Shown in pieces: positions 53,305 through 62,099 of a stretch of 64,000 bases of DNA. The translations under genes and the position numbers were made by a program. Each line of letters starts with the position of its first letter. Within the stretch, counting starts at the first letter, position 1. The notes under the pieces were generated by a model that saw only the letters and a program-made list of their open reading frames with translations, was not told the origin of the DNA and made no database searches. Origin of the DNA: Roseiflexaceae bacterium (GTDB taxonomy: Bacteria > Chloroflexota > Chloroflexia > Chloroflexales > Roseiflexaceae); assembly GCA_042408595.1 (NCBI GenBank), contig JBHOQX010000107.1, positions 36,432 to 100,431 of the forward strand, given 5' to 3'.

Positions 53305-55647
53305 CTACCCGTGCCCGATCACCTCGATCTCGGCCAGACTGGCGGCCTTCGCGCCGTAGAACGTCCCGGTCACGTTGTCGAGCGTCACCTGGACTGAGAC
53401 GACGCCCGGCACGTCGTCGAAGCGCACGTCCGTGCCGCCGACCGAGACCGGGCCGGACTGTCGGCTGGCGATCTGGTTGCCGGCGGCGTCGAGCAGCCGC
53501 ACCGTTGCCTGCCCGACCTGGATGCTGGAGTTCGCCTCGTCGCCCTGGCGCGGGTTGTACAGCCGCACCGTGCGGACGGTGATCGGCACGCGGAAGGTCA
53601 GCCGGGCCCACTGGCCGGCCTGCTGGCCGGGCGCGCTCGTCCAGTAGCGCCAGATCTCGCCCTTCATCACCCGCCGGTCGATCAGCCCGGTGTTGTAGTT
53701 CGCGTCGCGGGTGGACGAGACACTCACCTGCGCGCCCGGCGCGAGGTTCGTCCACTTCGCATCGGCGTCGTTCGCCGGCACGGGGATCATGGTATGGCCC
53801 GCGTGGCAGCCGACGCAGCGCACCACCGTGCCGGGGCGCCCAAAGTTCATCCCGGCGACGTGCGCCGCGCCGTTCGGCCCCTGTGGTCCGACGGTCAGCG
53901 GCACGGTGCCGTCCGGCGCGCGCAGTTGCTCGAACAACGGCAGGTCCGCCGGGGCGTTCGGCTCGCGCGCCGCGCCAGCTGGACTGACCGCGAGCTCGCC
54001 GAGCAGGATCGGCCAGTCCAGGTTCGGGAACGAGCCAGGACTCGTCCGCTGGTGGTCGAGGAAGAAGCGGATCGTCGCCACCGAGCCAACGGCGGGCGCG
54101 CTGACGATGTCGGTGTCCACCGGCGCGTTGGCAAAGACATTGAGCGCGTCGAAGACGAACGTGCCGCCTGCGGTGTACGGCGCGGCGGCCGGCGGGAGCG
54201 CGGCCGGCGCCTGCGTCACTCGGTCGGGGATGACCGGCGGGCGTGGGCGGGGCCGGACGATCCGGGCGCGCAGCTCGGTCGTGCCGGGGTTGTCGTAGAT
54301 CTTCTTGATGTTCGTGCCGTCGGGGTCCATGATGTACAGGCCGTAATCCTGGTTCGTGTCCGGCGCCCGCGAGAAGACGATCCGACCGTCCGGGAGCACA
54401 TCCGGCTCGGTCGCGTAGATCGTGCGGTAGATGCCGAACGAGCAGTCATTCGAGCTTGGGCAGTAGACATACTCCTTCGAGAGGGCGGTCGCGCCCAGGA
54501 TCGGAGTGTAACGGCCGGGGCCGCGGGTGTAGCGGCGCAGCCCGCCGAAGCCGCCGGCCTCGGTCATGTTGAACATCGGGAAGAAGTTGGCGATCAATTG
54601 GCCGTCGGGCGTGAAAGCGCCGCCGTAGATGTGGTTGGCCTCTTCGTCGCGGAGGGTGCCGCTCCACAACGCCAGCTCGGTGCCGTCCGGATTGATGGTG
54701 GCCGCCTGCCATGCGTTGCGCCAGAGCCAGTCGTTGTAGCGGCTGCTGCCGTCGATCTCGCGGTTGCGCTCGGCGCTCAGGCCATCCTTCTGGACGTAGC
54801 CGCCGCGCGGGTCGGCGACCGTGGACATATCGTTCAGTGCGAAGCGGTGGTTGCGCCACCAGCGGGCGTAGACGATCTTGCCGGTGACCGGGTCCACCAG
54901 CGGCCGGTCGGCGCCGTTGCGCTCGGACGTGATCCGGTGTAGCCCGCTGCCGTCGGCGTTCATCACATACAGGTTGCTGGTTCGCACACCGCTGTACTGG
55001 GCGTAGGAGGGCCAGCGGGTCGACGAGAAGACGACCCGCCCATCCGGCAGCCACGCCGGGTCGGTGTCGTCGTAGGCACTCAGGCCCCCGGCGGCCGGGC
55101 CGAACTGCGCGGCGTTGAACGGCTGATCGCTGAAGGTGAGCTGGCGCAGCCCGCTGCCGTCCACATTGATGCGGTAGATGCGCCACGCGCCGGGGTTCGT
55201 CCGCGGGTCGCGGCTGTAGTTCCCCTGCGGCAGCCCGGCGAAGAGGATGGTCGTGCCATCGTACGAGACGTCCGGCGCGTTCACGTCGATCAGGTTCAGC
55301 GACGCCGCGCTCGGGCGGCTGCCGTCGATCAGCGTGCGGATGCGGCCGCCCGGCTCCCACACCAGCAGTCTGCCCGGCGCGGCGATGCGGAAGCGGCTGT
55401 GCGGCCCCACACCCGGCATGTCTTTCGCCGGGTCGTAGTAGATGCTCCCCTGATCTGGGATCTGGCGCGAGACGAAGACGATCGGATAGCCCGGCATGTC
55501 GCTCCAGGAGCGGGCGAACGGCAGATAGACCCGCGAGGGGGCTGCGGCGCGAAGGGGCCGGAAATGAACCGCGGCGGCGACGAGCGCCGCGAGACCGACG
55601 AGGACCAGGAGGCCAGACGTCAGGCGGAGAAGGCGGGAATGCAGCAT
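53305..55647 (-). CDS. Membrane-anchored TolB-like (PD40/WD40-like) beta-propeller protein with a C-terminal F5/8 type C (discoidin) domain
   Basis: Signal anchor LLVLVGLAALVAAAV. Repeated PD40-like blades (VSYDGTTILFAG, RINVDGSGLRQLT, NADGSGLHRIT, MDPDGTNIKKI). The C-terminal ~150 aa are discoidin-like. A single CVGCH motif is present. Confidence 0.7.
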   Translation of the reverse strand: MLHSRLLRLTSGLLVLVGLAALVAAAVHFRPLRAAAPSRVYLPFARSWSDMPGYPIVFVSRQIPDQGSIYYDPAKDMPGVGPHSRFRIAAPGRLLVWEPGGRIRTLIDGSRPSAASLNLIDVNAPDVSYDGTTILFAGLPQGNYSRDPRTNPGAWRIYRINVDGSGLRQLTFSDQPFNAAQFGPAAGGLSAYDDTDPAWLPDGRVVFSSTRWPSYAQYSGVRTSNLYVMNADGSGLHRITSERNGADRPLVDPVTGKIVYARWWRNHRFALNDMSTVADPRGGYVQKDGLSAERNREIDGSSRYNDWLWRNAWQAATINPDGTELALWSGTLRDEEANHIYGGAFTPDGQLIANFFPMFNMTEAGGFGGLRRYTRGPGRYTPILGATALSKEYVYCPSSNDCSFGIYRTIYATEPDVLPDGRIVFSRAPDTNQDYGLYIMDPDGTNIKKIYDNPGTTELRARIVRPRPRPPVIPDRVTQAPAALPPAAAPYTAGGTFVFDALNVFANAPVDTDIVSAPAVGSVATIRFFLDHQRTSPGSFPNLDWPILLGELAVSPAGAAREPNAPADLPLFEQLRAPDGTVPLTVGPQGPNGAAHVAGMNFGRPGTVVRCVGCHAGHTMIPVPANDADAKWTNLAPGAQVSVSSTRDANYNTGLIDRRVMKGEIWRYWTSAPGQQAGQWARLTFRVPITVRTVRLYNPRQGDEANSSIQVGQATVRLLDAAGNQIASRQSGPVSVGGTDVRFDDVPGVVSVQVTLDNVTGTFYGAKAASLAEIEVIGHG

Positions 55648-55902
55648 GGGCCACTCCTGTGACGAACGTACTGCGACCACCGGCAGGCGGAATGGTCGCC
55701 GAACCACCATGGATCCTAGCGCAAAAGCCACCGCCGCACGATGACAAAGCTATCACGGAACGGCGCCCGGAGCGGCATGCTGGATCGCAATTTCGCAATG
55801 TTTGGAGACTACGAAGGCCGGTCGTGGGAGCGGCCGGACGCCGGCACGCGGGAGAGCGCCCGTCGTCGGCAGCGCGCAAGGGGCGGTGGGCCAGGCGGGG
55901 CG

Positions 55903-56418
55903 CTAGCGATCCGCCTGTTGCACGCGCTCCTGCCATTCGAGCAGGCGGGCGCGCTGCGCCGGGTTCAGCGCGATGATCGGGCGGGCGCGGCGGATACGGG
56001 CCAGCGCCTCATCCGCGGAGCTGCCGCAGGCGACAAGGTAGGCCGCGGCGGTGAGGGGGGCCCGCCCGACGCCGGCGTGGCAGTGCACCAGCACCGGCAG
56101 CCGCCTGGCGTGGGCCGCCGCGATGAAGTCCACCGCCTCGCGGAGCTGCTCCAGCGTCGGCGCGTGGAAATCCGGCACCAGCAGCCGGTGGGCGCGCTCG
56201 GGCGGCGGCCCGGCGAAGCGATCCGCGCGCTCGGCCTGGAGGCTGAGCACGGCGCGAATGCCCAGCGCATAGAGCGCCGGCCACTGGCGCGGGCGGAACT
56301 GCCCGCCAACGTACAGCAACTCATCCACCCGGCTGACGTTCGGGCCGACCAGGCGGCGCCACTGGGTCGCCAGGTACAGCCAGCGCAGCGAGGTGTTCGA
56401 ATGGTCGCTCGGGATCAT
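55903..56418 (-). CDS. Dual-specificity / tyrosine protein phosphatase
   Basis: Catalytic P-loop VHCHAGVGRAP (HCx5R). The start is at MIPSDH. Confidence 0.75.
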   Translation of the reverse strand: MIPSDHSNTSLRWLYLATQWRRLVGPNVSRVDELLYVGGQFRPRQWPALYALGIRAVLSLQAERADRFAGPPPERAHRLLVPDFHAPTLEQLREAVDFIAAAHARRLPVLVHCHAGVGRAPLTAAAYLVACGSSADEALARIRRARPIIALNPAQRARLLEWQERVQQADR

Positions 56419-56518
56419 AGAGCTCTCATAGCAGGCACGACATTGCGCCGCGGGCGCGACTGCGCTATTATACCCGCATCCCTGCGCCGCCGGCCCAAGC
56501 AGCGATGGAGGAGCGCCG

Positions 56519-56797
56519 ATGTTGACCGCCTTCGTGCAGATCCATGCCCAGCCCGCCAAGATCTCCGAGGTCGCGCAGGCGATCGCGAACATGCCGAACG
56601 TCGCCGAGGTGTACAGTGTGACCGGCGAGTTCGATATCATCGCCGTTCTGCGCCTCCCGGAGTACGAGCAGCTCGCCGAGGCCGTGCCGGAGGGGCTGGC
56701 CCGGATCGACGGCGTGCTGCGCACCAATACCATCCTGGCGTTCCGGCGCTTCTCGGCCAAGGACCTCGCCGCCGCCTGGGATATCGGCGTCTCCTGA
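56519..56797 (+). CDS. Stand-alone Lrp/AsnC C-terminal (RAM) ligand-binding domain protein
   Basis: 92 aa. AEVYSVTGEFDIIAVLRLPEYEQLAE is the AsnC_trans_reg fold. There is no HTH. Confidence 0.7.
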   Translation: MLTAFVQIHAQPAKISEVAQAIANMPNVAEVYSVTGEFDIIAVLRLPEYEQLAEAVPEGLARIDGVLRTNTILAFRRFSAKDLAAAWDIGVS

Positions 56798-56820
56798 GCT
56801 TGCCCGCGCCCCGCGCCGTG

Positions 56821-56829
56821 TGGTACAAT
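56821..56829 (+). promoter_or_regulatory. Putative extended -10 box TGGTACAAT for tRNA-Leu
   Basis: It ends 8 nt before the mature tRNA 5' end. Confidence 0.4.
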
Positions 56830-56837
56830 CAAGGGGC

Positions 56838-56922
56838 GGGGATGTGGCGAAATTGGCAGACGCGCAAGTCTTAGGAACTTGTGGAGCAATCCGTGAGGGT
56901 TCGAGTCCCTCCGTCCCCACCA
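56838..56922 (+). tRNA. tRNA-Leu (anticodon UAG), class II with long variable arm, CCA encoded
   Basis: Acceptor GGGGATG/CGTCCCC. 3-bp D-stem with GG in the D-loop. Anticodon stem CAAGT/ACTTG with loop CTTAGGA. T-arm GAGGG-TTCGAGT-CCCTC. Discriminator A followed by CCA. Confidence 0.85.
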
Positions 56923-57006
56923 CTGCGCGGGCGCGGCATCTGCCGCGCCTGTATGATTCGTGGTATACTGCTGCCACACACGCTTTTCGCACGTTTGTTC
57001 GCCGCC

Positions 57007-57867
57007 ATGATTCTGCATACGCGCGCCCTGCCCCGCCCGGCGACGCTCGCCCTGATCGCCGCGATCTCGCTCCTGGCGATCATCATCACGCGCCCGGGCG
57101 AGCCGGCAACCCGGCTGATCTCGCGCTGGCAGCCGCGCGAGATCGTGACGCGGCCGGATGTCCACGCCGGGCGCGAGCCTGCGCCCCCGCCCCTGGCGCT
57201 CACCGGCCGGGTCGCCGCGGTGGACGCCTTCAACCTCAGCGTGGACGACGGCCTGTATCCCGGCCAGCGCGAGCAGCTCGCGGCGGATGTCAACGCGGCC
57301 TACGCGTATGTCGTCGCGCGCTTCGGCAGCGGAGCGCGCGGGCGCTTCACGGCAGCGTTCCAGGCCGAGAGCGGCTGCGGTCTCCACGGCATCGCCGATA
57401 CCGAGGCGCGCAACGTCCGGGTCTTTACCTGCTCCGCGATCGACCGCCAGCGCGCCATCAACATCATGGCGCACGAGATCGTCCACCAGCTTGCGCAGGA
57501 CCGCTACGGCCCGGCGCATCTCAACGCCGACCTGATCCTGCTCGAAGGGGTGGCGACCTGGGGCGCGGGCAAGTACTGGCTTGGCGATCAGCCCGACTTC
57601 CGCGGCTATGTGAAGGCGCAGCGCGCCAGCGGCCTCAGCTACCCGCTGGCGACCGACTATACCGGCCTGGGCGTTACCGCGATGAACGCGCTCTATTACC
57701 AGTGGGCCAGCTTTGTCGAATACCTGATCAAGACCTACGGGCGCGAGCAATTCGACCGGCTGTATGTCAGCGGGAACGGCGCGCCCGGCAGCGCGGACTA
57801 CGCCGGCGTGTACGGCAAGGGCCTGGATGTGCTGGAGCGCGAGTGGAGCGCGTGGGTCGATCGGTGA
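57007..57867 (+). CDS. Membrane-anchored HExxH zinc-metallopeptidase-like protein
   Basis: N-terminal TM (LALIAAISLLAIIIT). MAHEIVHQL HExxH motif. The ORF-track entry was over-extended across the tRNA; the start is at the ATG at 57007. Confidence 0.55.
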   Translation: MILHTRALPRPATLALIAAISLLAIIITRPGEPATRLISRWQPREIVTRPDVHAGREPAPPPLALTGRVAAVDAFNLSVDDGLYPGQREQLAADVNAAYAYVVARFGSGARGRFTAAFQAESGCGLHGIADTEARNVRVFTCSAIDRQRAINIMAHEIVHQLAQDRYGPAHLNADLILLEGVATWGAGKYWLGDQPDFRGYVKAQRASGLSYPLATDYTGLGVTAMNALYYQWASFVEYLIKTYGREQFDRLYVSGNGAPGSADYAGVYGKGLDVLEREWSAWVDR

Positions 57868-57934
57868 GCCAGGGCGCAAGAACGGTTGCCCCGCCCGCCA
57901 CCCGGCCATCCACGCCTGCGCGTTGTCAGAGCCA

Positions 57935-58246
57935 ATGACCAGCGAGAAGAAATACCGCATCTACCTCTGCGGCGGCCCGCACTGCACCGCGCAGGGCCGC
58001 GACCGGCTGGCGCAAACGCTGGACGACGAGCTGTGGGCCTGGCAGCTCGACGATCAGGTCGAAGTGCGCGTCAGCGGCTGCCAGGACCGCTGCGACGTCG
58101 CACCGAACATGACCGTCTGGCCGGGGCCGTGGCACTACGCGCGCCTGACGCCCGACGCGATCGTGCGGATCGTCGAGCAGCACCTGCTGCGCGGCGAGCC
58201 AGTGACGGAGCTGCTGAACGACCAGCAGCGCCGGGGTGATGGGTGA
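57935..58246 (+). CDS. Thioredoxin-like [2Fe-2S] ferredoxin
   Basis: Cx4C...Cx3C pattern (LCGGPHC ... SGCQDRC). 103 aa. The start is at MTSEKKY. Confidence 0.65.
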   Translation: MTSEKKYRIYLCGGPHCTAQGRDRLAQTLDDELWAWQLDDQVEVRVSGCQDRCDVAPNMTVWPGPWHYARLTPDAIVRIVEQHLLRGEPVTELLNDQQRRGDG

Positions 58247-58338
58247 GGGGCTGAGACGCCGGAGCCCCCGGCCCGCCTGATTCATCGCTGATCATTGCCA
58301 TTGCTGTGGCGCTTTCAAAAGCAGCGACTTTCCTAATC

Positions 58339-58347
58339 TGCTATAAT
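58339..58347 (+). promoter_or_regulatory. Extended -10 promoter TGCTATAAT
   Basis: Consensus TATAAT with an upstream TG. It lies inside a 370-nt noncoding gap ahead of the structured region and apbC. Confidence 0.45.
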
Positions 58348-58349
58348 AG

Positions 58350-58600
58350 GGCTGCACTGAGACATATGTCCTATCGCGCCGGCCGGCTATTCGATAGACT
58401 GCGAGTCGTGGCGCTGGCCTTGAGCTACGGAGCACACGGAAAAGCTGCCTGAAACGTTTGGAGGGGAATGGCGAATCGGGGCGGGCTGCGCCCGCCACAC
58501 CTCGCTCTTTCAGGCAGCTTCTGCGAACGCCGGGCGCACGAAGCCAGACGCTGAGCGCTCCGTAGCTGCGGTATCGTGCCAACTACCTGTCTGGCCATAG
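58350..58600 (+). ncRNA. Candidate structured RNA or 5' leader with nested long inverted repeats; family not identified
   Basis: Outer stem GAGCTACGGAGC (58424..) pairs with GCTCCGTAGCTG (58556..). Inner 12-bp perfect stem AGCTGCCTGAAA / TTTCAGGCAGCT. Apical GGCGGGC-TGC-GCCCGCC hairpin. An additional 5' hairpin CTATCG...CGATAG. No convincing ORF. Confidence 0.35.
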
Positions 58601-58615
58601 AAAGCGACATGTACG

Positions 58616-59719
58616 ATGGGCCTGTTTTCGGGCAGCAACGCCGATACGACCCTTGAGCAGGCGGTGCTGCGAGCGCTGCGCACGGTCCAGGAGCCGGAGC
58701 TTGGCGGCGACCTGGTGGCGCGCAATATGGTCAGGGATCTGCGGGTGGACGATGGCCGCGTGAGCTTCACCGTCGAACTGACGACGCCCGCCTGCCCGCT
58801 GAAGGATCAGATCAAGGACGAGTGCGAAGCGGCGATCGAGCGGATCGCCGGGGTGCCGCGTGAGCGTGTCGCGATCGAGTTCAGCGCGCAGGTGCGGCCG
58901 CGCGGCGGCGTGCTGGAGAAAGCCGCCATCCCGGGGGTCAGCCATGTGATCGCCGTGGCGGCGGGCAAAGGCGGCGTCGGCAAGTCCACCGTCGCGGTGA
59001 ACCTGGCCCTGGCGCTGGCCCAGGAGGGCGCGCGCGTCGGCCTGCTGGACGCGGACGTGTACGGGCCGTCCGTCCCGCTGATGATGGGCGCCAAGGGGCA
59101 GCCGGCGATCATCACCGGGCCGGACGGGCAGCCACAGATGCAGCCGATCGCGGCGCACGGCGTCAAACTGATGTCGTTCGGCTTCATGGTGGAGGAGAAC
59201 CAGCCGGTGATCTGGCGCGGGCCGATGGTCTCGCAGGGGCTGCGCCAGTTCCTCTACCAGGTCGCCTGGGCCCCGCTGGATTACCTGATCATCGACATGC
59301 CGCCCGGCACCGGCGACATCGCCCTGACGCTGGCGCAGTCGCTTCAGAACGTCGGCCTGACCGGCGTGGTGACGGTCACGACGCCGCAGGCGGTGGCGAC
59401 ACTCGATGTGTTGAAGAGCATGGAGATGTTCAAGAAGGTGAACGTCCCGCTGCTCGGGATCGTCGAGAACATGGCATACTTCATCGCGCCGGACACCGGG
59501 AAGCGCTACGACATCTTCGGCAGCGGCGGTGCGGCGCGGCTGGCGGCGCGGCTCGGCGTGCCGCTGCTTGGCCAGATCCCGCTCGGCATGCGCATCCGCG
59601 AGGGCGGCGATGATGGCCGGCCGGCGGTGCTGAGCGACATGCCGGACGCCTATGCCGAGACGTTCCGCGAGGTTGCCCGGCAGCTCGCGGCACGGATCAG
59701 CGTACTGGAATATGCGTGA
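58616..59719 (+). CDS. apbC: Fe-S cluster carrier ATPase Mrp/ApbC (N-terminal DUF59/MIP18-like domain plus ParA-type ATPase)
   Basis: Deviant Walker A VIAVAAGKGGVGKSTVAVNLALALA. CxxC region (Cys present around GIVENMAYF, characteristic of Mrp). Confidence 0.85.
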   Translation: MGLFSGSNADTTLEQAVLRALRTVQEPELGGDLVARNMVRDLRVDDGRVSFTVELTTPACPLKDQIKDECEAAIERIAGVPRERVAIEFSAQVRPRGGVLEKAAIPGVSHVIAVAAGKGGVGKSTVAVNLALALAQEGARVGLLDADVYGPSVPLMMGAKGQPAIITGPDGQPQMQPIAAHGVKLMSFGFMVEENQPVIWRGPMVSQGLRQFLYQVAWAPLDYLIIDMPPGTGDIALTLAQSLQNVGLTGVVTVTTPQAVATLDVLKSMEMFKKVNVPLLGIVENMAYFIAPDTGKRYDIFGSGGAARLAARLGVPLLGQIPLGMRIREGGDDGRPAVLSDMPDAYAETFREVARQLAARISVLEYA

Positions 59720-59967
59720 CAGAGGAGGGCGAACATGCTGCGACTCTCCAAAAATCGATCGCGCTCACCGCATGGGTGCGGTGAGGAAATGTGGAGGGTC
59801 TGCCCCCTGCCACAGCTCCCACGTCGCAGGTGACCGTGTAGATCTCCAGCAGGCCTACCGGGATGCGTAACATGAACGGAGCACCGCCGTCAGATGGTAC
59901 GTTGAAGGCGGCGGTGCTATGCACCCGGCATCGCTCTACCTCTTATTCCTGGCCGCCAACAACCAGC

Positions 59968-61026
59968 ATGGACGAAATGCGCACAACCATCATCCCGCTC
60001 TACGCCGCCGGGCAGGCGCCAACCCCGGTGTACCACACGAGCGCGCCGGCGCACGACAGCTATGGGCGGCGGATCGACTACCTGCGCATCTCGCTCACCG
60101 ACCGCTGCAACCTCCGCTGCGTCTACTGCATGCCCGCCGTCGGGATGAAGTTTCTGCCGCGCCCGGAGCTCTTGACCAACGACGAGCTCCTGCTGGTCGT
60201 GCGGGCGGCGGCGGCGGCTGGCTTCCGCAAGCTGCGGCTCACCGGCGGTGAGCCGAGCCTGCGCCCCGACCTGGTCGAGCTGGTGCGGGCCATGAAGCGC
60301 GTCCGCGGCATCGAGCAGATCGCTATGACGACCAACGGCCTGCGCCTGGCCGCCACCGCCGCGGCGCTGAAGGAGGCCGGGCTCGACCGGGTGAACATCA
60401 GCATCGACACGCTCGACCCGCAGAAGTTCCGCCAGATCACGCGCGGCGGGCGGCTGGAGCAGGTCTGGGAGGGGATCGCGGCGGCCGACCGGGCCGGGCT
60501 GCATCCGATCAAGCTGAACGCGGTGGTCATGCGCGGCCTGAACGACGACGAGGTGGTGCAACTGGCGGGGCTGACGCTCGATCGGCCGTGGGAGATGCGC
60601 TTCATCGAGGTCATGCCGCTCACCGGCGTGGCGGAGGTCGCGCAGGATGGCGTGGTCACCAGCGCGGAGTTGATCGCCCGGATCGAAGCCGCCTATGGCC
60701 CGCTGGAGGAGTTGGGGCTGGCCCCGGCCGATTCGGCGCGGCGCTACCGTATCCCCGGTGCGCGCGGCAAGCTCGGCTTCATCAGCGCCGTGAGCGACCC
60801 ATTCTGCGCCAGTTGCAACCGCATGCGCCTGACCGCCGACGGCCGGCTGCACCTCTGCCTGCTGCGCGACGACGAGCTCGACCTGCGGGCGGCCATCCGC
60901 GCCGGCGCGAGCGAGGCGCAGATCGAGCAGCTCATCCGCCACGCTGTCGCCGTCAAGCCGTGGGGACATGGCCTGCCGGAGGGTGTCCTCCCGACGCTGC
61001 GCGGCATGTCGGAGCTGGGCGGGTGA
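59968..61026 (+). CDS. moaA: GTP 3',8-cyclase MoaA (radical SAM)
   Basis: YLRISLTDRCNLRCVYCMP radical-SAM cluster motif. C-terminal second-cluster cysteines (CASCNRMRLTADGRLHLCL). The start is set at MDEMR; the ORF extends further upstream. Confidence 0.85.
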   Translation: MDEMRTTIIPLYAAGQAPTPVYHTSAPAHDSYGRRIDYLRISLTDRCNLRCVYCMPAVGMKFLPRPELLTNDELLLVVRAAAAAGFRKLRLTGGEPSLRPDLVELVRAMKRVRGIEQIAMTTNGLRLAATAAALKEAGLDRVNISIDTLDPQKFRQITRGGRLEQVWEGIAAADRAGLHPIKLNAVVMRGLNDDEVVQLAGLTLDRPWEMRFIEVMPLTGVAEVAQDGVVTSAELIARIEAAYGPLEELGLAPADSARRYRIPGARGKLGFISAVSDPFCASCNRMRLTADGRLHLCLLRDDELDLRAAIRAGASEAQIEQLIRHAVAVKPWGHGLPEGVLPTLRGMSELGG

Positions 61027-61084
61027 GCGCGCAACGGCAGGGCGTTCGCAGCTGCCGGCAGCGCGGATGGTCGCACCTTCTCCA

Positions 61085-61113
61085 TTGCATTCTTTCCTAA
61101 AGCTTGCTATACT
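61085..61113 (+). promoter_or_regulatory. Sigma70-like promoter: -35 TTGCAT, 17-nt spacer, extended -10 TGCTATACT
   Basis: Canonical spacing. It lies 45 nt upstream of the A-type carrier start, which has a GAGGAGG RBS. Confidence 0.5.
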
Positions 61114-61158
61114 ATCCCCGGGTATCCATGTGCGCGGTGGGCGCTGAGGAGGAGTTTC

Positions 61159-61620
61159 ATGGCGATCAGCGAGCAGGAGATCGAGCTGAAGGCCGTTCCG
61201 ACCTTTACCCCGGTCGTGACTGTTACCGAGAGCGCGGCGGCGCGCCTGCAGGCGATGATGAAGGAGCGCGCGCTGAGCGATTATGGCCTGCGTGTGTTTG
61301 TGGCCGGCGGCGGCTGCTCCGGCCTGCAATACGGCATGACCTTCGACAACGAGGAGCGCCCGGGCGACACCGTCTGGGAGGTCGGTGGCCTGAAGCTGAT
61401 GGTCGATCCGGTGAGCGCCGGCTACATCAAGGGTGCGGTAATCAGCTACCAGCAGGACAATATGCTCCAGGGCGCGTTCAAGATCGACAATCCGAACGCG
61501 GTTGCGAGCTGCGGCTGCGGGCATTCGTTCCGCCCGAAGAACGAGCAGGCGGCCGAGGATTATGAAGGCTACGACAGCGGCTATGCTGGCGGCGGCTGCG
61601 GCCATTGCGGCCACGGTTAG
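61159..61620 (+). CDS. Fe-S cluster A-type carrier (HesB/IscA/ErpA family) with a Cys/His/Gly-rich C-terminal extension
   Basis: FVAGGGCSGLQYGMTFD and C-terminal CGCGHSF motifs. A ~30 aa tail follows, ending GGGCGHCGHG. Confidence 0.8.
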   Translation: MAISEQEIELKAVPTFTPVVTVTESAAARLQAMMKERALSDYGLRVFVAGGGCSGLQYGMTFDNEERPGDTVWEVGGLKLMVDPVSAGYIKGAVISYQQDNMLQGAFKIDNPNAVASCGCGHSFRPKNEQAAEDYEGYDSGYAGGGCGHCGHG

Positions 61621-61640
61621 ATTCGCTGTGGCCTGATACG

Positions 61641-61696
61641 CAATACGGATGAACGCAACGCCCCGGTGTTGCGCTCATCCGTATTGTGCTTTCTGG
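61641..61696 (+). terminator. Long near-perfect hairpin terminator
   Basis: CAATACGGATGAACGCAAC-gccccggt-GTTGCGCTCATCCGTATTG followed by TGCTTTCTGG. Confidence 0.65.
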
Positions 61697-61709
61697 AGAT
61701 CACCGACCG

Positions 61710-62036
61710 ATGAGCTACCGCAATGTGACAACCACCGAAGTGCAGGCGCGCATCGCACGCGGCGAGGCGTTTCGTCTGATCGATGTGCGCGAGCCGGCGG
61801 AGCACGCCATCGCCCGGATCGAGGGAGCCGAGTTGCTGCCCCTCAGCCGCGCCGAGGAGTGGATTGCGACACTCAGGCCGGATGAAGATATCGTCATCTT
61901 CTGCCACAGCGGGCACCGCAGCCAGCAGATCGCCAGCTATCTGTCGGCGCGTCTCGGCTTCACCAACGTCGCCAACATGCTCGGGGGTATCGACGACTGG
62001 TCGCTGCGCGTCGATCCGGGCGTCCCACGCTACTGA
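61710..62036 (+). CDS. Single-domain rhodanese-like sulfurtransferase
   Basis: Active-site loop IVIFCHSGHRSQQ. 108 aa. Confidence 0.8.
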   Translation: MSYRNVTTTEVQARIARGEAFRLIDVREPAEHAIARIEGAELLPLSRAEEWIATLRPDEDIVIFCHSGHRSQQIASYLSARLGFTNVANMLGGIDDWSLRVDPGVPRY

Positions 62037-62099
62037 CGGAGCGGCCCGTGGGCGATCCACGGCGCTGCGCCGGGGGGCGACCGCGACTGGGGAGCCTCT

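Noticed and set aside
53305-55647. Calling the propeller protein a c-type cytochrome
   Set aside because: There is only a single CxxCH, in a linker, without other haem-domain features. It is noted in findings but not used for the call.
56820-57938. 372-aa plus-strand ORF overlapping tRNA-Leu
   Set aside because: It overlaps a well-formed tRNA. The alternative frame starting at 57007 gives a protein with a TM anchor and an HExxH motif.
55741-57960. ORFs 55741..56874 (+) and 55903..57960 (-)
   Set aside because: They are composite read-through frames. The real genes here are the phosphatase (55903..56418, -), the AsnC RAM protein, tRNA-Leu and the HExxH protein on the plus strand.
58292-58582. 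96-aa minus-strand ORF in the apbC upstream gap
   Set aside because: It lies across the nested hairpins of the putative structured RNA. The composition is non-coding-like.
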